Source: the human T2T-CHM13v2.0 reference genome, Homo sapiens
Assembly (NCBI RefSeq): GCF_009914755.1
Contig: NC_060927.1
Length of the DNA stretch: 64,000 bases
Direction: 5' to 3' (one strand)
Part shown: positions 56,041 to 64,000 of the stretch, one piece after another
Layout: each line of letters begins with the position of its first letter
How positions within the stretch are numbered: the stretch's first letter is position 1
Position numbers and translations under genes: made by a program
Notes under the pieces: generated by a model
Seen by the model: the letters and a program-made list of their open reading frames with translations, nothing else
The model's database searches: none
What the model was told of the DNA's origin: nothing

Positions 56041-57239
56041 GGTCAAATTTATCTAAAGCCAAGCCACAAAGTCACTGTGGCCCTGGTGTTCCCAAGTTGC
56101 AAAGGAAGCTTCAGCTCTGGGTAGATTCACTCGCCGGGTTTCTGTTTGATAAGATAAGAGGAGGCATCCGCTCAGTGTCTTATGCCAATATGAAAGGCAT
56201 CTCACCCATCAGTGTGACAAGTGAAATCCTGGAATGAAGCCAGGGAACAAAAGGGAAGAAATGTGGATTCTTACCAATGCAGTTGATACCATTTTTTAAG
56301 GGGAGCAGATGATGAAGGGGAAAAACAGGCAGAGAGTCAGTGCCCTGCATCAAAAACCTTGGATCCTTCCCTGAATGAGTCAGGGTGAGCATTTAGTTTT
56401 GAAATGGAATTTCTGTTTCCTTTTATTTTCTTTCTTTTTTTTTTTTTTTTCTGTAAGAACTACTAAAGGAAACTGTTGTAAATAACAGGATATATTTTTG
56501 AGGCTGTGGATCATATAAGAACTTTGAATCTCACCCCAGGGCTATTTATAGCTCAAAAATTTGTTCTTTTTTTCTATTTCAAGTGATTTTTGAGAACTGA
56601 CTGATATGTCTTCCTCTGGTGTTTCTGTATATGCCTGAGGTGTGATGTATTACTGGAAAGCAGAAAGGAACACTCTAAGAAAGCACTTTTTCTAAGATGC
56701 TAAGAGTCAAGGGAAAATGAACATACATGTTGCAAGCTGATGCAGGAATTAAATATTCCACTGTCTGTCATTCCTTTTTATGAGAACCCTATACCACCTG
56801 TGGTGCCTCTAACATTGGGTAACAACCTCTGCTGCTACGAAAGGGCAGTTTATACTTCTGTCTACCAATAGGTGGCATCAAAATCTCTAGCTTTTCTTTC
56901 CTGTATTTTAAAAACCATAGGCAGAGGGCATTTTCTTTCTGAGATTTTACATTTTATCATGAGTGATGTTATAAAGGCCACTAAATAGCTCTGTATAATT
57001 TCAGAGCAGATTTTCCTATTGCTCTATTAATGAGGTCTCTCAGTTGTCCCTCTGAGCCTCAGTTTTCTCATTGTAAAAAGAAAGTATTTGGATTGAACTC
57101 CAGCTCCAAGATTCTGCTTTTTAACTACATAATATCTTCCCAGACACACCATTTTTCATGCCTGTGATAAACCCATTAGCACTCCATTCCTCTGGGCTTA
57201 AGGAATATTAGCAAGCAAATATCCCTTGGTTGCAGAGGC

Positions 57240-57945
57240 TGTTATCTGCCCAGCCTATATTCATTTTTGTTTGTTTTTCCTTACTAAGAAAAACATAATT
57301 TTGTGGAGGGTAGCAACGTGTTTAGCTCCAAACCTTCATTTTCCAGCTTTTCTTGCAGATGGGGTAGTGATGTGATTAAGGTCTAGCCCTGCACTATTTA
57401 TTGTGGTAGCCACTAGACACATGTATCTATTTAAATTTAAATTTATTAAAATCAAGTAAAATTAAAAGTTGATTTTGTCAGTTCCACAAGTGACATTTTA
57501 AATGCTAAACAGTCATAAGTGGCTAGTAGCTAACATCTTGGATAGTTCAGATATAGAACATTTCTATCACTGCAGAAAGTTTTGTTATATAGCACTGATC
57601 TAGCCATTGAGATGAGATGTCAGTAGAAGTTATAGGGCAGTTTCTGTGAGAGTTTTCAAAGAGAAGGAGATACTGAATCAGCTGGGATGTACCTTTATCT
57701 CTTTACCTCTTCCTTTCTTTCTACCTGAAGGTTACAGTAAGTCAGCCATCATGTGACTATGAAGCAGCAAGCATTTGCCAAGGCAGGTTAAGCAGAAAGA
57801 TAAAAGGAACCTGGGGCTTTGATATCATAAAGGCAACAACATTATTGTCAGCTGTATGAGGAGAAAGATAAAGTCTTCCATTGATTCAAGCTACTGTTTT
57901 CAGCTTTTTATTACAAATAGCTAAATATTATTTCTAACTGATATA
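57240..57945. mobile_element. Old MLT1 LTR with an inserted MER3 (~57385-57603)
   Basis: MER3 motifs GTGGTAGCCACTAGACACATG and AGTGGCTAGTAGCTA...TAGAACATTTCTATCACTGCAGAAAGT; MLT1-like flanks. Confidence 0.65.
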
Positions 57946-57960
57946 CCATCAGAAACTTAC

Positions 57961-58050
57961 CTGGACAACTTTCTATTAATGACTGAAAAAGCGTGTGTCT
58001 TTCCAGTTTCCTTTACTTTGGTTAGAGTTGAGGACTAGACTCTGGATATA
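57961..58050 (-). other. CPNE4: Probable upstream non-coding first exon of the long CPNE4 isoform (5' end approximate)
   Basis: Consensus donor CCAG|GTAAGT ~2 kb upstream of the 53-nt coding exon. Confidence 0.5.
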
Positions 58051-59756
58051 AGAAACAAAACAATGTGTACACCATGAAGTGATAAGTATTAATCATTCAT
58101 TTCAATATGTCCAATGGACCAAAAAAGGGGCAGATGGGTATTAATGATTCCCAAAATAAATATCCCCTGTTTTAAAATTTGGCTAAAGAGTAGCTTTGCA
58201 TTTTCCTGGAAAAGAGGTTGGTGGGAAAAAAAAGATAATATTTGAACCTGTACTATATGCTAGAAACTTGGCTGAATGATTTGACATTATCCTATTTAAT
58301 GTTCATGACAATCCAATAACGTAACCACTCATATCTCCCTTTTGTGCAGATAACAAACTGAGGCCCAGAGAAATCAAATATGTTGTCAAAATCTACATCG
58401 TTGAAGAGATGGGTTTCAAATCCAGGTCGGCTTGGCCCTTGCCACGACTTCATAATGAAATTCCATGGGTGAGTGTTACCAGTTTCTGGTCCATCCTTGC
58501 TTATTTCAAGGGTCTCATCATCCCATCCACTGTATCACTTTTTTTGTTACAGGCTTTACTCTTTTCTACCATGGAAAAGACTAATGATATTTTTTTCTCC
58601 ATAAGCTTGGAAATATTATCAATCACCATAAAATTCAGCCTTCCTCTGGTAACTTTGGAGACCCTCAGAGCTTTTCTTATTTCCAGAGACAGGCGGTTTG
58701 GATGAGAATTATTCTCTTTTTTCACACAAATTGGCCAGATGACATCTTTACTGGTATCTGAAATAGAAGCAGAAAACAACTTGGAGGACACAAAATGTGA
58801 AGGTTGGAGAAATAGCTTTGAATTCAAACTGAAATTAAATAGTTTCCTTTGTTGAAACCCACAGAGGAAAACAAGTTACCTAAAAAACTTATTAAGACTT
58901 TTACTAGAATTCATGAGATAATTGTAAGATAATAAAAAAGTCATGTAAAGAAAACCTAAAGAATTCAAAGAGAAAATGAGAGGAAAACAACATCATTGCA
59001 GATCTTAAAATCACATTCTGTAAAAATCAGAAATGACCATGCAGAAAACACAGAGCAGTCACAGAGGGCAAAGTAAGTGATGTTTATGGTGACCTGAATT
59101 GTTAAGAGGAAGTTCAAATATATTCTGAGTTACTGATTAAGAAATCAAAAAATGTTTTATAAATACTCTTTCCAAAAGATGATTAAATTATTTAGAAATC
59201 AACCCATCACTAAGATCAGCCTAGATTCAAGGGGAGGAAACATAGACCCACCCCTTGGTGAGAGGAATATCAAATGATTTTCAGATGTTTTAAAGCCACC
59301 ATTCCCTCAGTCCTAAAAATGCTCAGTCCTTTCCAGCTACCTGTTTCTAATGCCCTCAGTATATTAAAAGTACATGAGATGTATATGAAATAAAGATGTT
59401 CTAGGCAAATGTATAACTCTTAATAGCAGTTTGGAGATTAAGCCCAAGTTTCTGTCTGGTCTCTTTCACTAGTCAACTGAGTCCCAAGTTCTCCTTGTGC
59501 CCCTTCAGTGCCAGTGCAGATTCCTACAACACCCTTTGTCCTAGATCCCCACCCTACATTGGCTATATCAAGAGTATCAGTCTATCAGCAAGAAGAAAAA
59601 AAGTCTCTCTCCAGAAGGTTTAGAGCATAAGACACCCTCAATTCCATTTGGTCTTCTTCCCCTTGAACGTCACCAGGGGCAGGATGCACTCTCATCCCCA
59701 CCTACGGTGGCAGAGGGAAACCTAAACAATCTACAATTCTCATGCTTTTTCCTGTT

Positions 59757-60138
59757 CTCTCTCTTAGTTTATTTGTGTTGCTTTAACAAAATGCCATAGG
59801 CTAGGTACTTTATAAACAATAGAAATTTATTTCTCACAGTTCTGGAGGCTGGGAAGTCCAAGATCAAGGCATCAGCAGTTTTAGTATTTGGTGAGGGCCT
59901 GGTCTCTTTGCTTCCAAGATAGCACCTTGTTACTGCATTCTCCAGAGGGGATGAACACAGTGTCCTCACATGGTAGAAAAGAAGGGAGGGCAAAAAGGGC
60001 CAAACTCAGTGTAAAACCCCTTTCATAAAGGCTTTAATCCCAGCCTTCATGACCTGATCATCTGCTAAAGGCCCCACATCTGATGCTATTGCCTTGGGGA
60101 TTAAATTAAATTTCAGAGGACACATTCAAACCATAACA
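59757..60138 (-). mobile_element. MST/MLT1A MaLR solo LTR
   Basis: AAATTTATTTCTCACAGTTCTGGAGGCTGGGAAGTCCAAGATCAAGGC...CACATTCAAACCATAACA. Confidence 0.85.
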
Positions 60139-61932
60139 ATATCTAACATCTAGAACATTACACAGCAGTACCTCGTGAAAAGACATAGTCTTTTTCTTCA
60201 TTGGGTTTATGTTTAATTAGGGGACAAGAAATAAACAACCTCAACCCCACGTGGCTATTGCAAAAATGAGGTAACCCATGAGGAAATAAAGAGGAAGAAA
60301 ACCTATATGTGATCAGAAGAGTCAGGGTAGACCTCAAAAAGCAGACAATGCAGAAACTACGACCAGTGGAAATTAATCAGGCAGGTTAGAGAAAAAGGCT
60401 CTCCAGCCAAGGAAGCAGCATGGACAAAGGCTCCAAGTCAAGCACAGACAAGGCATAATCAAAAAACCTCAAGCAATTAAATAATTCACTGTATCTGGGG
60501 CATAAAGACAGAAGGAAAAGGAGCAAGAACTGAGGCAAACAAGCAGGCAGGGGCATAAATACAAAGGACCGTGTAAGATTGACTTGAGATTTTATTGTAT
60601 TCCATGAAATATTTATTCCAATATACTGAGTGGTAATTCAGAATTTTCCATAATCCATGGTAAAATAGGAAAAACAGGAAGCATTTTATATAACTAAATT
60701 AATTTTTTGAGAGTATATCTTCATATTTTCATTAGTCACTGCATTCTTGTCATTAATTCTCATGAGGCTTTGCCATTTTAAAAAAAATATTCTTACTTGA
60801 TAGAATAAAAGTCCTGTGAGCCAAGAGCAACCCAAGAAATGTGTTTTGAGGTTTGCTCTGTGAAATCTAAATATTTGGACACATCAGCAAGAGGTCATGG
60901 GAAGACATTAAAGAATTTTGAGCAGCAAGTGTGATTAATGTTAAACTGGGAAAGGGTTGAAGAGGGAAAGTAAAGTTAGAGAAATGAGTAAGTTACCTCC
61001 ACTGGATTCATTCAATAGATATTGAGCTGGTGTTAGGGATACAATGATGGACCAGCTAGGTAAGGTCTCTGCCTCATGGAGTTATCACTCAAGTCATGGA
61101 GACACAAAATGAACAAAGAAGGAGAGACAAACAGGTTGGGAGTCATGTAGAGGGCAGAATGTGGGAGAGAAAGATAGTGAAAGAAAGAACATCTGTAGAT
61201 TAGCATAAGTTCTGTGAGGGAAATAAAAGTCTAATGATATAAGAAGTCACTGGGAAATGCCTCTTTGGATAGCATGGTCAAAAGGCCTCTCTAAGGAGAG
61301 AGCATTTGAATAGAGAACTATCAGATGAGAATGAGTCAGCACACAAAGACCAGAGGGAAGATCACTCCAGGCACAGGGTACAGCATTTATAAGGGCCCAG
61401 AGGTGAGAAAAGTTCTCAATGATCAGTTTTAATAGTTTGGAGAAGAGAGGATGAGGCAGTTTGAGCACTCCAAACTGCTTAAAGGTGAAAGGAGGAAAGG
61501 AACATGAAAAGGATGCAGGGAGGCTTTAATGTTACAGAAGACTGGTGTTGTTAATTTTATTAAATACCGCCCAAGGTATTGGGGTTGACAAAATATTGTC
61601 CTAGTTCTTCAGGAGATCATTGTCCAGTGCAAACCACTGCATAGAAATTAACCCTAGAGGGATAACCCACAGGAGGTTGGGGATTTACTTCCATCTATAG
61701 GCTAGAGATAAGGTCAGCTCCCATTTGACATCAATGGAAAGGAAAACCTCTGGATTGCACACCCAGGCTACCAATAGCAGAGAGTTATTTCTGGAGAAAT
61801 AAGTCTACATTGATTTAAAGGAACAGATGTAAAGCAAGAACAGGATTTACCTCAGCAGATTCTATCCTCCCCCATAGGACCCACTCTCCCCATCACTTCT
61901 GTTTTCTTGATGATTCTTCAGGCTTGGCCTGC

Positions 61933-62027
61933 ATCTGTAGTTACCTTCAGCAGCTATAGTTAACTTCAGCATCTATAGTTACCTTCAGCATCTATAGTTA
62001 CCTTCAGCAGCTATAGTTACCTTGAGC
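61933..62027. repeat. 19-bp minisatellite x5 (A(T/G)CTATAGTTACCTTCAGC)
   Basis: Five consecutive units with 0-2 substitutions each. Confidence 0.95.
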
Positions 62028-62655
62028 TAAATAATTTCATATGTGTCATTTGGTTATATGTTATCTTGTTTATTCCTTGCAATAAATTTAGAAGACATCA
62101 CTAGCCCCATTGTCTTTGTGTACTCCTTCTGATGGGCAGTATTTTTCTGATGTGTGCAGTTTGTCCCAGGAAGGGAAAACTTCTTCCTAGGTCACAGGGT
62201 TCATCTGTGCGGAGCAATGGGCCTTGGCTCCTGTGGAGACAAAGTAAACTGCTATAACACGGGTGGGCCAGGCCACAGGACACTTCAGGGCAGGCACCAG
62301 GATAAAAATGTCTTCTTCACAGGGTTGAGGTTAGGCAGTATGCTGAGTTTTTAAACCACATTTACATATAGATATTTTTAAATTGTTAAATGAATTCTTA
62401 CTATATATTCTTAGGCAAGCAGCCTTTTTATGTCTATATTAATCTACATCACAATTTATAATAGCTAGAAAATATCCCAATATATGGATATAACAAGAAA
62501 AATGCCTAACTTAATCCCCTACTGTTGAGCATTTGTTTCTAATTTTTTACTGTTGTGCACAATGCTTCCATGAGCATGGTTTATATTAGGTACTCCTGAT
62601 TAGACCCTAGTCTAATTTGGCCAAACCTAAAGAATCATCAAGAAAACAGAAGTGG

Positions 62656-62932
62656 GGCCAGGCACAGTGGCTCACACCTGTAATCTCAGCACTTTGGGAG
62701 GCTGAGGCGGGCAGATCACTTGAGGTCAGGAGTTCCAGACTAGCCTGGGCAACATGGAGAAACCCCATCTCTACAAAAAATAAAAAAATTAGCCAGGCAT
62801 GGTGACGCATGCCTGTAATCCTACCTATTTGGGAGGCTGAGGCTGGAGAATCACTTGAACCCAGGAGGCAGAGGTTGCAGTGAGCCGAGATCACACCATT
62901 TCACTTCAGCCTGGGTGACAGAGAGACCCTGT
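62656..62932 (+). mobile_element. Alu (older J/S-type)
   Basis: GGCCAGGCACAGTGGCTCACACCTGTAATC...CCTGGGTGACAGAGAGACCCTGT. Confidence 0.95.
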
Positions 62933-63482
62933 GAAAGAAGGGCCAGGAAAGGAAGGGAAGGCAAGAGAAGGGAAGGGAAGGAAGGGGAAAAGAGAGGAAG
63001 GGAGGGGAAGGGAGGGGAGGGGAGGGAGAAGGAGGGGCAGGGAGGGGATGAAGGGGGAGGGAGGGGAGGGGAGGGGAGGGGGAAGGAAGGGGAGGGAGGG
63101 GGAGGGAGGGGAGGGAGGGGGGAGGGGAGGGGGAGGGGAGGAGAGTGGAGGAGAGGGGAGGAGAGGGGAGGGGAGGGGAGGGGAGGGGGAGGGAGGGTGA
63201 TGGAGGGAGGGTGGAGGGGAGGAGAGGGGGAGGGGAGGGGGAGGAGGAGGGAGGGGAGGGGGAGGGGAGGGAAGGGTGGGGAGGGAAGGGGAGCGGGAGG
63301 AAAGGGGAGGGGAGGGGGAGGGGGGAGGGGAGGGGAGGGGGAGGGGAAGGGAAGGGAAGGGGAGCGGGAGGGAAGGGGAGGGGGAGGGGGGAGGGGAGGG
63401 GAGGGGGAGGGGAAGGGAAGGGAAGGGAAGGGAAGGGAAGGGAAAGGAAGGGAAGGGAAGGGAAAGGAAGGGAAGGGAGAGA
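62933..63482. repeat. ~550-bp G/A polypurine tract (GGGGA/GGGAA units)
   Basis: Almost pure purine on the + strand, in place of the Alu tail. Confidence 0.95.
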
Positions 63483-63844
63483 GATGGTGAGAGTGGGTCC
63501 TATTGGGGAGGATAGGATCCACTGAGGAAAATCCTATTCTTGCTTTACATCTGTTCCTTTAAATCAATGTAGACTTATTTCTCCAGAAACAACTCTCTGC
63601 TGTTGGTAGCCTGGGAGCACAGTCCATAGGCCTGCCTTTCCGTTGATGTCAATGGGAGCTGACCTTTTCTCTAGCCTACAGATGGAAGTAAATTCCCAAC
63701 CAAGGGGCTCCTGTGGGTTAACCCTCTGGGGTTTCCAGCAGAATTGCCCTTAAAGTGAATCACCGGTGATCAAAGCAGACCAAAGTAACACATTATTTCT
63801 CTATAGAAGAGAAGGTGAAGTCCTGTCATTCTGAGGCTATTCTT

Positions 63845-64000
63845 GGTGGAGGGAAGAAATCATAAGAAACCAACCCAAATTGAGGGACATTCTATAAAAT
63901 CTCACTAGCCCTCCGCAAAACTGTAGTATCATTATAAACAAGGAAAGACTGAGAAACTGCTGGAGACCAGAGGATACCAAGAAGACATGAAAAGTAAATG
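63845..64000 (+). mobile_element. L1MC4-like 3' fragment
   Basis: AACCCAAATTGAGGGACATTCTA...AAACAAGGAAAGACTGAGAAACTG. Confidence 0.65.

Larger units (their letters stand above)
61650..63733. repeat. Long inverted repeat: left arm 61650-61929; right arm 62619-62654 plus 63483-63733
   Basis: Manual reverse-complement alignment; 53-bp perfect core at 61788-61840 / 63537-63589. Confidence 0.92.

Noticed and set aside
61933-62027. Possible CRISPR-like array
   Set aside because: Units are contiguous with no spacers; an ordinary minisatellite in human DNA
62851-63525. Longest ORFs (223 aa Pro-rich, 211 aa Gly/Arg/Glu-rich)
   Set aside because: Translations of an Alu end plus the polypurine tract, which lacks stop codons by composition

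Overview
Human (primate) genomic DNA, AT-rich and dense in Alu, MIR, L2, L1, MaLR and MER repeats. From memory, not a database search, I recognise it as the 5' end of CPNE4 (copine-4, minus strand). Supporting evidence: a hairpin at 4299-4375 that contains an exact match to mature miR-5704 (annotated in a CPNE4 intron), a CpG-rich promoter with a first-exon donor at 52996, and a 53-nt phase-2 coding exon (55988-56040) that fits the N-terminally extended isoform. Most of the window is the first intron. The ORF track is essentially noise from repeats and low-complexity DNA. I see no convincing new multi-gene system. The most unusual structures are: (i) a ~280-bp inverted duplication near 61.6-63.7 kb whose right arm was later split by an Alu plus a 550-bp purine tract; (ii) a candidate unannotated in-frame CPNE4 exon with a strong Kozak ATG, bracketed by inverted Alus; (iii) several small recent duplications; (iv) RE1, CTCF, uORF and G4 signals at the promoter. 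Repeat family names and boundaries were assigned by eye and are approximate.
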